Part shown: one piece after another, positions 1-12,490 of the stretch | Layout of the letters: each line of letters starts with the position of its first letter | How positions within the stretch are numbered: position 1 is the stretch's first letter | NCBI GenBank assembly: GCA_038279365.1 | Contig: JAYODI010000031.1 | Coordinates: 9,017-55,612 of the forward strand | Direction: 5' to 3' | Length of the DNA stretch: 46,596 bases | Origin: Candidatus Latescibacterota bacterium | GTDB taxonomy: Bacteria; Latescibacterota; UBA2968 | Program-made: the position numbers and the translations under genes | Notes under the pieces: model-generated | Told to the model about the DNA's origin: nothing | Seen by the model: only the letters and a program-made list of their open reading frames with translations | Databases searched by the model: none

Positions 1-114
1 CAGGACTTTTCCCTTCGTTGCACCGGTATTTATTCCAGTGCTTTTTGATTCGGCTTTTGATCTTAAGTCCGCAGGACTTTTCCCTTCGTTGCACCGGTAT
101 TTATTCCGGTGCAA
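1..114. repeat. Tandem REP-like palindromic repeat, 71-bp period, truncated by the window edge
   Basis: The 41-bp unit at 1-41 recurs at 72-112 with one mismatch. It contains the hairpin TTGCACCGG-TATTTATT-CCGGTGCAA (89-114), and a small hairpin AAGTCC-GCA-GGACTT lies at 65-79. Confidence 0.75.
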
Positions 115-123
115 TCTAAAATA

Positions 124-399
124 TCAGATAAATTCCGATTCTCGAATTTCATCGCGTAAAATGCAATAATAATTGAGCGCGTCTTTGCGTGCCACATTGC
201 CTTGTGGCACATCAAGCACCTCAAATTCCAAAAGACGATCCGTAAATGCAATACAAACCCGCTGACCAACCATGACCTCACGACTTGCTTTGGCCATTTG
301 ATCATCCACTGTCACAATGCCATTGTCACATGCCCGTTTGGCTTCCGTGCGGCGCTTGACAATACAGCACGTATTTAAAAATACATCCAATCGCATCAT
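124..399 (-). CDS. S4 RNA-binding domain protein (Hsp15/YabO/RqcP-like)
   Basis: MRLDVFL...KRRTEAKRACDNGIVTVDDQMAKASREV..G matches the S4/Hsp15 family signature. Confidence 0.9.
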   Translation of the reverse strand: MMRLDVFLNTCCIVKRRTEAKRACDNGIVTVDDQMAKASREVMVGQRVCIAFTDRLLEFEVLDVPQGNVARKDALNYYCILRDEIRESEFI

Positions 400-414
400 G
401 TCTTCTCAAAGAAA

Positions 415-1668
415 CTACTGTTCCAATCGAATATCGACATACAGCTTTTCGCGTGTTTCAGCCAACATTTTTTTGAAAGCAACTTGTAATTTTTGCTGTT
501 TTAAAATGCCTTCTAAGGCCATTACATCATCATTCACCTTAACAACATCCCAACCCAATTGTGTTTTAATCGGCAAGCTGACTTGACCGGGTTTGAGAGT
601 GGTACCCACTTGGGCATAATCGGGCGGCAACTCCTCTTTTGGATAAATCTGCATAAACCCACCTTGAGTTGCCGTGCGTTCAAAGTCCGACAATTCACGC
701 GCCAAAGTGGCAAAGTCTTCACCTTTTTGAATGCGCTGATAAATGTCCAATGCCTGTTTTTGTGCCGCTTCAATATCTGATTCATCCATAGGTGTTAAAA
801 GCAAAATATGTCTTGCCCGTACCTGATCGCCTGCCACTTCTTCTGTGCGGATAATATGAATGCCATACTGTGTTTGCACCAAATCGCTGACTTCACCGGG
901 CTTAAGCGAAAATGCCACTTTTTCAAACTCTGGCACCATGGTGCCTTGTGAGAAAAATCCCAAATCACCACCTTGAGACCCACTGCCTGGGTCTTCAGAA
1001 TATTCACGTGCCAAAGCAGCAAAGTCTTCACCAGCCTTGATGCGCACCAACAATGCTTCGGCTTGTTTTTTGGCTTTGTCTACTTTTTCACCTGTGGGTT
1101 TGGGCATCACCACAATATGGCTCAGCGATACAAAGTCGGATTCACCCGATAGATAGTTTTTCTCAAATTCGGCCACGTCACGAGGGGATACATTCACTTG
1201 CCCAGATAAAGCACCATACATCTCTCGCTCTATAAACTGTTTGCGATATTGTTGCCGAAACTCTTCTCTTATTTGGCGTTCGGTCAACCCTTCACGTTCC
1301 AGTTCAGCTTCAAATGCACCACCTGGGTTTTGGTCTTTTAAACGACGCACTTCTGATCGAACAATTTCTTCAATCATTTCTGAATCCACTTCAATGCTGT
1401 CTTCTTCTGCACGTACCAACAACAATTTTTGTTGAATTTCATTTTCCAACACTTGGTTAAACAATTCTCGCAATTGAGCCTCAGGAATATTTTGAACACG
1501 CGTTCCCCGAGCCATCAGTTCAAAATGCATTTTCTTTTCGACATCCGATTGCAAAATAATTTCATTGTCCACCACAGCAACAATACGATCTGCCAATTGT
1601 GACTGTGCTTGTACATTTGCTCCGCATAGCAACACAATAGCCCAAATAAAAACCCAACAACGTACCAT
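415..1668 (-). CDS. surA: SurA-like periplasmic chaperone with two parvulin PPIase domains
   Basis: Signal peptide, the SurA N-domain motif DRIVAVVDNEIILQSD, and two rotamase repeats (GEDFAALAREYSEDPGSGSQGGDLG; GEDFATLARELSD..GG). Start taken at the ATG at 1668 behind an AGGAG SD. Confidence 0.85.
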   Translation of the reverse strand: MVRCWVFIWAIVLLCGANVQAQSQLADRIVAVVDNEIILQSDVEKKMHFELMARGTRVQNIPEAQLRELFNQVLENEIQQKLLLVRAEEDSIEVDSEMIEEIVRSEVRRLKDQNPGGAFEAELEREGLTERQIREEFRQQYRKQFIEREMYGALSGQVNVSPRDVAEFEKNYLSGESDFVSLSHIVVMPKPTGEKVDKAKKQAEALLVRIKAGEDFAALAREYSEDPGSGSQGGDLGFFSQGTMVPEFEKVAFSLKPGEVSDLVQTQYGIHIIRTEEVAGDQVRARHILLLTPMDESDIEAAQKQALDIYQRIQKGEDFATLARELSDFERTATQGGFMQIYPKEELPPDYAQVGTTLKPGQVSLPIKTQLGWDVVKVNDDVMALEGILKQQKLQVAFKKMLAETREKLYVDIRLEQ

Positions 1669-1718
1669 AAAAACCAACTCCTTTTCCCTCCAACATGTCA
1701 TCCATCTCAAAAACACAA

Positions 1719-2579
1719 TTATTCAACTTTATCCAAAATCACAGACCATTCACTTTGGCCTTTTAATTCTTCAATCAATTTTTCACGCAATGCTTGCCGA
1801 CGCTCACTCAATATACGCTGTTGAATTTCGCCGCGCACATCCACCAATTCGCGTTCCGAACCTGCTTCTCGTCGGTCTAAAACCTCAACAACATGTAAAC
1901 CACTTGTGGTTGTAATGCGCGTTCGACGGCCCAAATTGGCCCCTTGGCATCCTTCCCAAAAAGAAGCACTGACCATGTCTTCGGTAAAATAGCCCAAATC
2001 ACCACCATTTGCCGCAGACACATCGACTGATTCTTCACGTGCAACTTGCTCAAACAGCTCGCCATCTCTCAAGCGATTCCATACGTCATTCAATTTTTCT
2101 TTGTCTTTAACCAAAATATGGCGCACCCTAATTTCGGGCTGTTCGCGTTCAAAACTTTGACGATTGGCTTCATAATAATTCAATATCTCGCCTTCAAGCA
2201 AATCTGCATCTTTGGCATAGGCACGTTCCAAAACTTCTGCGACCAACAAACGCCGTTTGGCTTGCTCAATCAATGCTGCCATATCTGGTTCTTCGGGTAG
2301 TTTTTGTTTGATTGCTTCTTGATACAACAATTCTTCTTCTACCCATTTTTCAACCAATTGTCGTTTTTCTTCTACCGAAATGCGCCCCATAAATGGGCTG
2401 GGTATGCGCAACAACATTTCTTCTTTTGTCAGTCGTGCCTCACCTACTTGGGCCACGGTTGTGCCTTGTTGCTGTTCACCACAAGCCACCCACCCACAAA
2501 CACCCATGAACACGATCATTTTTTGGATGGTTTTAAACCCCGTCAAGACACCCTCCCAAATGGACAATTTTGCCTTCAA
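1719..2579 (-). CDS. PpiC/PrsA-type parvulin peptidyl-prolyl isomerase, probable lipoprotein
   Basis: Lipobox-like WVACG and a rotamase motif (VRHILV...FEQVAREESVD..GGDLGYF). Start codon uncertain. Confidence 0.8.
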   Translation of the reverse strand: MKAKLSIWEGVLTGFKTIQKMIVFMGVCGWVACGEQQQGTTVAQVGEARLTKEEMLLRIPSPFMGRISVEEKRQLVEKWVEEELLYQEAIKQKLPEEPDMAALIEQAKRRLLVAEVLERAYAKDADLLEGEILNYYEANRQSFEREQPEIRVRHILVKDKEKLNDVWNRLRDGELFEQVAREESVDVSAANGGDLGYFTEDMVSASFWEGCQGANLGRRTRITTTSGLHVVEVLDRREAGSERELVDVRGEIQQRILSERRQALREKLIEELKGQSEWSVILDKVE

Positions 2580-2646
2580 TTTTGCCCCTATAAATTGCTC
2601 TAACTATCGGAGTATAAAAAAGTTCCGACCAATCGAATATACGCGT

Positions 2647-5600
2647 TCAAACAAGGCACTGCAACACATTTTTCGCACACAATAACCGCTCTTGAGCACC
2701 CTTGCCTGTGAGTTCAACTTCAATTTTGGGTTGCCCACCCAAAGCAAACTGAAGGGGCAATGGAGACTGAGTCACCATCGCTTCAATGTCTTTGCGTTGC
2801 AAGACATGATCAGGCGAAAACGCCAATGTCATAATTTGACCCACTTGAACTTGAACCAAACGCAATTGGCGGGCATATAGTTTCACTTGAATCGTATTCA
2901 ATAAGGCCGCTGTTGGTTCAGGTATGGGGCCAAATCGGTCTGTCAATTCTTCTTCTATGGCCAACAAATCGACCGATCGACGAATATCGCCCAAACGTTG
3001 ATAAAACTGCATTTTTTGATCCGCATCTGGGATATACTCATCAGGAATAAATGAAGAGACCGACACTTGTACATCGGGGTCAACAGTAGGCTCTGAATCT
3101 TCACCTTTTATTTGGCGTACCGCCTCGTCTAACAACCGGGTATATAAATCAAAACCAACCGCCGAAATATGACCATGTTGCTGTGCACCCAACAAGTTAC
3201 CCGCACCTCGAATTTCCATATCTCGCATAGAAATATGAAAACCAGAGCCCAAATCTGAAAATTCTTCAATGGCCCGAAGACGCCTGACAGCAGGTTTACC
3301 CAAACCTTTTCGGGAAGGGACAAACAAATACGCATAGGCCCTTTTGTTAGACCGCCCCACGCGTCCACGCAATTGATAAAGCTGTGCCAGTCCCAAACGA
3401 TCAGCGCGATTCACAATCAAAGTGTTGACATTGGGAATGTCCAAACCCGATTCCACAATCATGGTTGAAATCAAAACATCGTATTTATGTTCAAAAAAGT
3501 CCATCATCACTTTTTCAAGCTGTCTTTCGGGCATTTGCCCATGCCCCACACCAAAACGCACTTCTGGTACCAACCGTTCCAAATATTCGACCATGGCATG
3601 CATGGATTGGATGCGATTGTGTACAAAATACACCTGCCCACCACGATCTATTTCGCGCAAAATGGCTTCGGCAATGCGTTCTTCTTCAAAAGCAAGCACT
3701 TCTGTTTGAATGGGAAGGCGATCTTTGGGAGGAGTTTGGATGACCGACATGTCACGTGCTCCCATCAATGACATGTGTAATGTACGTGGTATGGGCGTGG
3801 CTGTAAGTGTCAAAACATCAACCAATCGACGCATTTCTTTGAGTCGTTCTTTGTGTTTGACACCAAAACGGTGTTCTTCATCAATCACCAACAATCCTAA
3901 ATCTTTAAATTCAACATCTTTAGATAACATCCTGTGCGTACCAACAACAAGATCTATCGTGCCATCTTTAATGCCTGCAATGGTTTTGAGTTGTTCCGCT
4001 CGGGTTCGAAAACGGCTCAAAACAGATACTTCTACTGGAAACTCGGAAAATCTTTCGGAAAAGGTGCGATAATGTTGCTGTGCCAAGATGGTTGTGGGTG
4101 CCAAAACCGCCACTTGTTTGCCATCCATTACGGCTTTAAATGCTCCCCGAAGTGCCACTTCTGTTTTGCCGTATCCCACATCGCCACATATCAATCGGTC
4201 CATGGCTGTGGCTTTTTCCATATCTTCTTTGACTTCTTCAATGGCCTTAAGCTGATCGCGCGTTTCTTGAAAAGGAAAGGATGCTTCCAAAGTTTTCATG
4301 TCTGATGTATCGGGTGAAAAAGCAATGCCTGGTCTGGCTTTGCGCTCGGCATACAGTCCGACCAATTCTGAGGCCATTTTGAAGATTTCTTTTTTGGTCT
4401 TCTCCTTTAACCGCTCCCATGTGGCTGTTCCCAATTTTGTTAATACGGGAGCAGCACCTTCTTGGCTCGAATATTTTTGCACCCGATCCATCTGATCCAC
4501 AGGCACAAATACCCGATCTCCACCCCGATAAGACAAGACCAAACAATCACTTGCAAACCGACCCATTTCAATGCGTTCAATGCCTTCAAACCGACCAATA
4601 CCGTGATCCACATGAACAATAAAATCGCCTCGTTGTAGGGCTGTAATGGTTTGTATAGGTGCTGCATCTTTAAATCGTCGATATCGACGACGACGGCTCA
4701 CACGACTGAATATTTCATGGTCATTGACCACAAATACTTTGCTTGAACCACACACAAAACCACTTTGCAAGGGCCCCACATAAATAGAGACCACATCACT
4801 TTCGGACTCTAATATCTCTTCTAAACGCGCCTGTTGGCCTTGGCTTTCACACAAAACCACCACTTCGTAACTGAGCATCCAATATTTGCGCAAATCTTCG
4901 CGCAAAACGTCCAAATGCCCCTCATAGTGGCGACCACTCATGCCACCTAATTCAATGGCATTTTCCGACGCCCCTCCCAAAATACGGTTAAATACACAGC
5001 GCATGGTTTCCAACTGTTCAAGCACCACATCTGGTTCTCGGAGCACACCATTTGTTGGCAAAGGTTCTGGTTCATTGCGTCTGTGTTCTTTTCGCTCGGC
5101 TGCTTTTTCACATTCTTTCCAAGCCGCTTCAGCAGCACCCGCCACACCATCGGGGTCATCCAAAACAACAAGGCACGATTGGGGTATGTGATCCAATAAG
5201 CCCGTTTGTTCGCCGTACAACACACCTAAATAGTGCTCCTGCCCTTCAAATGCACCTTCACGTTCCAACAAATTGCGCATGTTGGGCAATTCTACACCTA
5301 ATTTTTGTTCCGATTTGTCTAAATTTGAGACATATTCTTCGTGCATCGTCAGTGGGAGCACACTCTCTCTACAAGGCAATATGCGAGCTTCTTCAAGTTG
5401 TGCCACAGATCGCTGTGAGCTTAAGTCAAACCCGCGTATAGACGAAACCTCATCGCCCCAAAATTCGATGCGCACAGGGTTTTCATTGCCAAAAGAACAA
5501 TAATCCAAAATGCCACCGCGCATGCTAAATTGCCCCACACCCTCAACAGTGGTCACCCGTTCATACCCAATTTCAACCAAATGATCGGCCAGCTCGCGGG

Positions 5601-6054
5601 GCGAAATCTCTTGTGCCACACGCACGGTTTGTAAGCACAAGGCAAACAGTTCAGGTGTAAGGGTATGCCCCATTAAGGCCGCTATGGGCACCACCAAAAT
5701 CCCCCCTTGGCCTTGGTGCAGTTGGTCCAAAGCCTCCATGCGCAAACCCACCGTATCCAAATGGGGTGAGCGACCATCAAAATGGGCCACATCCCAGCTT
5801 GGGAAGTAGCCCACCAAATCAGACCCAATCAATCGTTCTAAATCGTTGCGCAAAGCTTCTGCGCGATCTTCATCTGCACAAACGACAACCACAGGCCCTG
5901 GTGTGGTTTCTTCAATCCACGCCAGCGCAAATGCCGTCAAAGAACCCGATCCACCACGCATAACCACTCTTTGATCGCCCGAAGCAATCCGCTGTGCCAA
6001 CGCTTGAAAGGGTGGCGAATGTTTCATGCGATCATAAAGTCTTTGTACAGACAT
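2647..6054 (-). CDS. mfd: Transcription-repair coupling factor Mfd
   Basis: UvrB-homology module, CarD-like RID (VHVDHGIGRF), CGDVGYGKTEVA, DEEHRFG, TATPIPRT, QLRGRVGR, TRG motif and TRCF C-terminus. Start at the ATG at 6054 with a GGAG SD. Confidence 0.97.
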   Translation of the reverse strand: MSVQRLYDRMKHSPPFQALAQRIASGDQRVVMRGGSGSLTAFALAWIEETTPGPVVVVCADEDRAEALRNDLERLIGSDLVGYFPSWDVAHFDGRSPHLDTVGLRMEALDQLHQGQGGILVVPIAALMGHTLTPELFALCLQTVRVAQEISPRELADHLVEIGYERVTTVEGVGQFSMRGGILDYCSFGNENPVRIEFWGDEVSSIRGFDLSSQRSVAQLEEARILPCRESVLPLTMHEEYVSNLDKSEQKLGVELPNMRNLLEREGAFEGQEHYLGVLYGEQTGLLDHIPQSCLVVLDDPDGVAGAAEAAWKECEKAAERKEHRRNEPEPLPTNGVLREPDVVLEQLETMRCVFNRILGGASENAIELGGMSGRHYEGHLDVLREDLRKYWMLSYEVVVLCESQGQQARLEEILESESDVVSIYVGPLQSGFVCGSSKVFVVNDHEIFSRVSRRRRYRRFKDAAPIQTITALQRGDFIVHVDHGIGRFEGIERIEMGRFASDCLVLSYRGGDRVFVPVDQMDRVQKYSSQEGAAPVLTKLGTATWERLKEKTKKEIFKMASELVGLYAERKARPGIAFSPDTSDMKTLEASFPFQETRDQLKAIEEVKEDMEKATAMDRLICGDVGYGKTEVALRGAFKAVMDGKQVAVLAPTTILAQQHYRTFSERFSEFPVEVSVLSRFRTRAEQLKTIAGIKDGTIDLVVGTHRMLSKDVEFKDLGLLVIDEEHRFGVKHKERLKEMRRLVDVLTLTATPIPRTLHMSLMGARDMSVIQTPPKDRLPIQTEVLAFEEERIAEAILREIDRGGQVYFVHNRIQSMHAMVEYLERLVPEVRFGVGHGQMPERQLEKVMMDFFEHKYDVLISTMIVESGLDIPNVNTLIVNRADRLGLAQLYQLRGRVGRSNKRAYAYLFVPSRKGLGKPAVRRLRAIEEFSDLGSGFHISMRDMEIRGAGNLLGAQQHGHISAVGFDLYTRLLDEAVRQIKGEDSEPTVDPDVQVSVSSFIPDEYIPDADQKMQFYQRLGDIRRSVDLLAIEEELTDRFGPIPEPTAALLNTIQVKLYARQLRLVQVQVGQIMTLAFSPDHVLQRKDIEAMVTQSPLPLQFALGGQPKIEVELTGKGAQERLLCAKNVLQCLV

Positions 6055-6107
6055 ACTTTCTCCCAGCCAAATGGAAGTGCTAAAAATAAGGGGTGAACGT
6101 ACAAGCC

Positions 6108-6142
6108 AAAAAGCTCGACTCATTTTAATGAGTCGAGCTTTT
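6108..6142. terminator. Intrinsic terminator (bidirectional form) downstream of tRNA-Asp
   Basis: Inverted repeat AAAAGCTCGACTCATT-TT-AATGAGTCGAGCTTTT with A/T tails. Confidence 0.8.
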
Positions 6143-6152
6143 CAACATATAA

Positions 6153-6229
6153 TGGCGGGGTAGACGGGACTCGAACCCGCGACCCTTGGCGTGACAGGCC
6201 AATACTCTAACCAGCTGAGCCACTACCCC
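6153..6229 (-). tRNA. tRNA-Asp(GTC)
   Basis: Minus strand: GGGGTAG/CTACCCC acceptor stem, anticodon arm TTGGC-CTGTCAC-GCCAA, T-loop TTCGAGT, discriminator G and encoded CCA; 77 nt. Confidence 0.97.
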
Positions 6230-6292
6230 GCAAATCCATGAATTTCAATATTTAAGAACAAATAGGAGGGGTGTCTCTCCACAAGAGACAAA

Positions 6293-6321
6293 AATTTAAC
6301 ATAGTGCCTGTTTGGTGTCAA
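6293..6321 (-). promoter_or_regulatory. Sigma70 promoter for tRNA-Asp
   Basis: Minus strand TTGACA-17 bp-TAAATT with a TG extension. Confidence 0.7.
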
Positions 6322-6492
6322 GCAAATTTAATAAAAATAATAATGGGTCTCATTCTGTCCTTGATGTCTTGTTTGCTAATCTTTTCTATTTACCCTATAT
6401 TCTATCGTTCAATCCTATCGGTAAATGCAGATTTTGTTTTGTATTTATCTGTGTCCATAAGTGGTTGCATTTTAGATTCACACGAGGTGAAA

Positions 6493-7788
6493 GTGGCAAT
6501 TGGAATTGGCTTGATTGGTATGGGCGTTGTGGGAGGTGGCGTGGCCCGCATATTACATGAACGCGCCGATTATTTTAAAAATGTTAAAGGTTTGGATCTT
6601 GATATTCGAAAAATTGCTGTACGAGATTTATCCAAACCACGCGCCATCGATCTGCCTTCTGATCGTTTTACTACCGATCCCAAAGAGGTTATCAATGATC
6701 CTTCCGTACAAATTGTCATTGAAGTAATGGGAGGCATCCATCCTGCTCATGATCTTATTTTATCAGCACTTGAAGCAGGCAAAGATGTGGTCACAGCCAA
6801 CAAAGCACTGTTGGCCGAACAAGGGGATGATTTGTTTGTCATGGCGGCCCAAAAAAAGGTCGGGCTGGGTTTTGAAGCCAGCATTTGTGGTGGCATACCC
6901 ATTGTTCAAATTCTTAGCCAAGGCCTTGTAGGCAACCGCATAGAATCGCTTTATGGCATTCTCAATGGCACAACAAATTACATCCTTACCCGTATGACCG
7001 AAGCGGGAGCCAATTTTGATCCCATGCTCAAAGAAGCCCAAATAAAAGGATTTGCCGAAGCCGACCCTACTATGGATATAGACGGTACAGATGCCGCACA
7101 AAAGCTTTCTCTCTTATGTCGTTTGGCTTTTCGCGTAAAACTTTCACCCAACCAAATTATTAAAGAAGGTATTTCACATATTACAGCACTCGATATTGAT
7201 ATCGCTCGCGAGCTGGGTTATACCATCAAACTTTTGGGTATTGCAAAAGCCATAGGTGACCGCATTGAGGCACGTGTTCATCCTGCTTTGGTTCCACATG
7301 GTGAACTCTTGGCAGATATTCGCAATGAATACAATGCCGTTGAAGTCGTTGGCAGTGCTGTTGATTCTCAGGTTTTTTATGGCAAAGGAGCCGGTGAATT
7401 GCCCACAGCAAGTGCTGTGGTATCTGATCTCATTGGTTTTGCAGAAAAACGCCAAACGGGCATGCCAGCTTCAAACTCTGCTTTAGCGCCCTTGCCTCAA
7501 GCGCAATTGGTTCCCTTAGATGAAGTCAATACTGGATGTTATTGTCGCTTCACCGTCAATGACAGACCTGGTGTTTTGGCACAAATTGCCACCCTCTTTT
7601 CTGATGAAGGCATCAGCATAGAAACCGTTATTCAGCAAGGGCGTTCCGAAACCGAAGATGGTACCGTCCCACTGATCATGATTACCCACGATGCAACCGA
7701 AGCCGCTATGCGAAGAGCGATCAACCGCATTAACGATTTACCCGTTGTGACCCAAAAATCCCAGGTCATTCGCATCTTGCATCCATAA
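6493..7788 (+). CDS. hom: Homoserine dehydrogenase with C-terminal ACT domain
   Basis: GLIGMGVVGGG Rossmann motif, VVTANKA, FEASICGGIP, GILNGTTNYIL, GFAEADP and an ACT domain (DRPGVLAQI). Start at the GTG at 6493 after GAGGTG. Confidence 0.95.
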   Translation: MAIGIGLIGMGVVGGGVARILHERADYFKNVKGLDLDIRKIAVRDLSKPRAIDLPSDRFTTDPKEVINDPSVQIVIEVMGGIHPAHDLILSALEAGKDVVTANKALLAEQGDDLFVMAAQKKVGLGFEASICGGIPIVQILSQGLVGNRIESLYGILNGTTNYILTRMTEAGANFDPMLKEAQIKGFAEADPTMDIDGTDAAQKLSLLCRLAFRVKLSPNQIIKEGISHITALDIDIARELGYTIKLLGIAKAIGDRIEARVHPALVPHGELLADIRNEYNAVEVVGSAVDSQVFYGKGAGELPTASAVVSDLIGFAEKRQTGMPASNSALAPLPQAQLVPLDEVNTGCYCRFTVNDRPGVLAQIATLFSDEGISIETVIQQGRSETEDGTVPLIMITHDATEAAMRRAINRINDLPVVTQKSQVIRILHP

Positions 7789-7809
7789 AGTTTTTTCCAT
7801 TTTTAAAAG

Positions 7810-7848
7810 AAAAAAGCGGTGGAGAATTTGTTCTCCACCGCTTTTTTT
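7810..7848. terminator. Bidirectional terminator between the convergent hom and gyrA genes
   Basis: AAAAAA-GCGGTGGAGAA-TTTG-TTCTCCACCGC-TTTTTTT. Confidence 0.9.
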
Positions 7849-7863
7849 CTATTTACGATGTCT

Positions 7864-10386
7864 TTATTCGTTTTCTTCTGTCAGACCGTTGGTGGGTGTG
7901 TCCATCCCCCCACGTGCTTCATTTTCGTCTCCAGAATTCACATCATCTTCAATGTCATCATCTTCTTTTTCTACTCGTGCCACATCAATGACCCGATCCC
8001 CTTCATCTAAGTTGATGAGGCGAACACCTTGTGTATTGCGACCAATGATGCTGACATCCACAATGGGTTGACGGATCAAAATACCATTTTGTGTGATGAT
8101 CACCACATCATTGTCTTCCATGACGCGCATCAATGACACCACGGGGCCGTTGCGTTCTGTGGTTTTAATATTGATCACACCTTTTCCACCCCGGTTGGTC
8201 AAGCGATAGTCTGAAACTGGTGTGCGTTTGCCATAACCATTTGCACAAATGGTGAGCAAAACATCTTCGTCTTTGACCACCACCATACCCACAACCACAT
8301 CATCATCTTGCAAGGAAACACCCCTTACACCTTGTGAGTTGCGCCCCATTGCCCGTACTTTTTCTTCTTGAAAACGCACCGCTTGGCCATTTTTGGTTGC
8401 AATCATGATCTCATCTGTGCCTTCTGTAATCACTGCCGCAATCAGTTGATCATCTTCGACAACATTCATGGCAATTATGCCCCCTTTTCGAGGGCGACTA
8501 TATGCCGAAAGTGCCGTCTTTTTGATCTGGCCTTTTTGTGTCACTTGTACCAAATATCGGTTGTCATCAAACTCTCTTACGGGTACAATTTCGGCCACTT
8601 TGTGATCTTCTGGTACATCAATCACATTGACAATGGGTCTACCTCGTGATTGCCGGGTGCCTTGTGGTATTTCGTGAACTTTTAACCACAAACAATGCCC
8701 GCGGTCAGTTAAAAACAAAATATAACTGTGTGTTGACGCCACAAAAAGATGTTCTACAAAATCCTCTTCTTTTGTTTCCATGCCTTTAATGCCGCGCCCA
8801 CCCCGGCCTTGTGCCCGATAGGTTGTTACAGGGATGCTTTTGATATAACCCTGATGTGAAATGGTGATCACCATATCTTCATCTGCGATCAAGTCTTCAA
8901 TATTAAACTCAGAAGCCGAAACAACCATATCGGTGCGTCTGTCATCACCATATTTTTCTTTTATTTCTCCCAACTCGGTTTTGATGATGTTCATGCGCAA
9001 TTCACGATTGTCTAAAATAGCCGACAAACGCTCGATTTCTTTGACCAATTCAGTATACTCATCATCAATTTTTTGGCGTTCCAAACCTGTTAAACGTTGC
9101 AATGTCATTGCCAAAATTGCCTGAGCTTGACGATCTGACAATTCCAAAAGGTCAATGAGTTTGGCACGTGCTTCTGCAGGATCTGAAGACGCCCGAATAA
9201 TCCGTATCACTTCTTCAATTGCGTCTAAGGCTTTTTTCAAACCCTCTAAAATGTGTGCCCGATCTTGAGCCACTCGCAATTCAAATTGGGTGCGCCGTAC
9301 AATCACATCATGGCGGTGATCAATATAACATTGCAACATTTGCTTCAAATTTAATTGTCGCGGGCGACCATCCACCAATGAAATCATATTGGCGGCAAAT
9401 GTGGTTTCCAACTGAGAGTGTTTGAACAATTGATTTAAGATGACATCGCCAAATGCATCGCGCTTAAGTTCAATGACAATACGCATGCCATCGCGACCAG
9501 TTTCATCTCTCAAGTTTGAAATGCCTTCAATCTTTTTATCACGCACCAAATCAGCAATCTTTTCTAACAGATTGGATTTGTTGACCATATAAGGTATTTC
9601 AGTAATGACGATTTGTTCGCGATCTTTGCTCATCTCTTCAATTTCTGCTTTTGCCCGTATGCGCATTTGACCACGTCCGGTACGATATGCTTCTAACACA
9701 CCACTCATACCATAAATAACCCCACCCGTTGGAAAATCTGGGGCTTTGATGTAAGCCATTAACCCATCTACATCTAACTCTGGGTCATCTATTAAAGCCA
9801 CCAAACCATCTACCACTTCACTCACATTGTGAGGTGGAATGGCTGTTGCCATTGTCGTTGCAATACCCACACTGCCATTGCATAACAAATTTGGAAAACG
9901 AGAGGGCAAAACGGTGGGTTCTTGGAGGCGGTCATCATAGTTGGCACGAAAATCAACCGTCTCTTTTTCGAGGTCAATCAGCAACTCTTGACCCGCGCCT
10001 GCCATACGCGCTTCTGTATATCGCATCGCTGCAGGAGGGTAACCATCGATCGATCCAAAATTGCCCTGACCATCTACCAAGGGATAACGCATTTTAAAAT
10101 CTTGAGCCAAATGCACCAAGGTAGGATACACAATGGCCTCACCATGTGGGTGATAATTTCCCGAAGTGTGTCCAGCAATATTGGCACACTTACGATGCTG
10201 ACGGTTTGCACCCAAACCCAAATCATTCATCGACACCAAAATGCGCCGCTGAGAAGGTTTCAAGCCGTCACGAACATCGGGTAATGCCCGATCGACAAGC
10301 GTACTCATCGAATATGCCAACATCGACTTTTTAAGTTCATCCCCAATTTCAACTGGAATCACGCGGGAACTGTTTTCCATCATCAT
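7864..10386 (-). CDS. gyrA: DNA gyrase subunit A
   Basis: RALPDVRDGLKP, YHPHG, catalytic AAMRYTEAR, GyrA-box QGRGGRG, C-terminal pinwheel repeats and an acidic tail. Confidence 0.97.
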   Translation of the reverse strand: MMMENSSRVIPVEIGDELKKSMLAYSMSTLVDRALPDVRDGLKPSQRRILVSMNDLGLGANRQHRKCANIAGHTSGNYHPHGEAIVYPTLVHLAQDFKMRYPLVDGQGNFGSIDGYPPAAMRYTEARMAGAGQELLIDLEKETVDFRANYDDRLQEPTVLPSRFPNLLCNGSVGIATTMATAIPPHNVSEVVDGLVALIDDPELDVDGLMAYIKAPDFPTGGVIYGMSGVLEAYRTGRGQMRIRAKAEIEEMSKDREQIVITEIPYMVNKSNLLEKIADLVRDKKIEGISNLRDETGRDGMRIVIELKRDAFGDVILNQLFKHSQLETTFAANMISLVDGRPRQLNLKQMLQCYIDHRHDVIVRRTQFELRVAQDRAHILEGLKKALDAIEEVIRIIRASSDPAEARAKLIDLLELSDRQAQAILAMTLQRLTGLERQKIDDEYTELVKEIERLSAILDNRELRMNIIKTELGEIKEKYGDDRRTDMVVSASEFNIEDLIADEDMVITISHQGYIKSIPVTTYRAQGRGGRGIKGMETKEEDFVEHLFVASTHSYILFLTDRGHCLWLKVHEIPQGTRQSRGRPIVNVIDVPEDHKVAEIVPVREFDDNRYLVQVTQKGQIKKTALSAYSRPRKGGIIAMNVVEDDQLIAAVITEGTDEIMIATKNGQAVRFQEEKVRAMGRNSQGVRGVSLQDDDVVVGMVVVKDEDVLLTICANGYGKRTPVSDYRLTNRGGKGVINIKTTERNGPVVSLMRVMEDNDVVIITQNGILIRQPIVDVSIIGRNTQGVRLINLDEGDRVIDVARVEKEDDDIEDDVNSGDENEARGGMDTPTNGLTEENE

Positions 10387-10527
10387 AAGTCATTACCTTT
10401 TCACAAGCGTATGGAGAACCACTTTTTATCGGGGGTAAAAAAAGTGGTATTGTCATTCATCGTTGTTGTTTTGAACCCACTTTATTTGAGTTTTTTGACA
10501 TGGGTTTAGAAATGATTTTCTATAACC

Positions 10528-12450
<1,923 letters not shown>

Positions 12451-12490
12451 TTAAAATCTTACAGGAACCATCCCTAACGGGACGAGGGGC

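Noticed and set aside
1..114. CRISPR array
   Set aside because: Only two copies are visible, the palindrome extends into the would-be spacer, the structure is REP-like, and there are no cas genes in the window.
6055..6123. N-terminal extension of Mfd in the ORF track
   Set aside because: It overlaps the tRNA terminator; the ATG at 6054 has a proper SD.
6153..6229. Prophage or genomic island integrated at tRNA-Asp
   Set aside because: No integrase and no duplicated tRNA 3' end were seen; housekeeping genes flank it.
6271..6492. Hydrophobic N-terminal extension of homoserine dehydrogenase
   Set aside because: It runs through the divergent promoter region; homology starts at the GTG at 6493, which has an SD.
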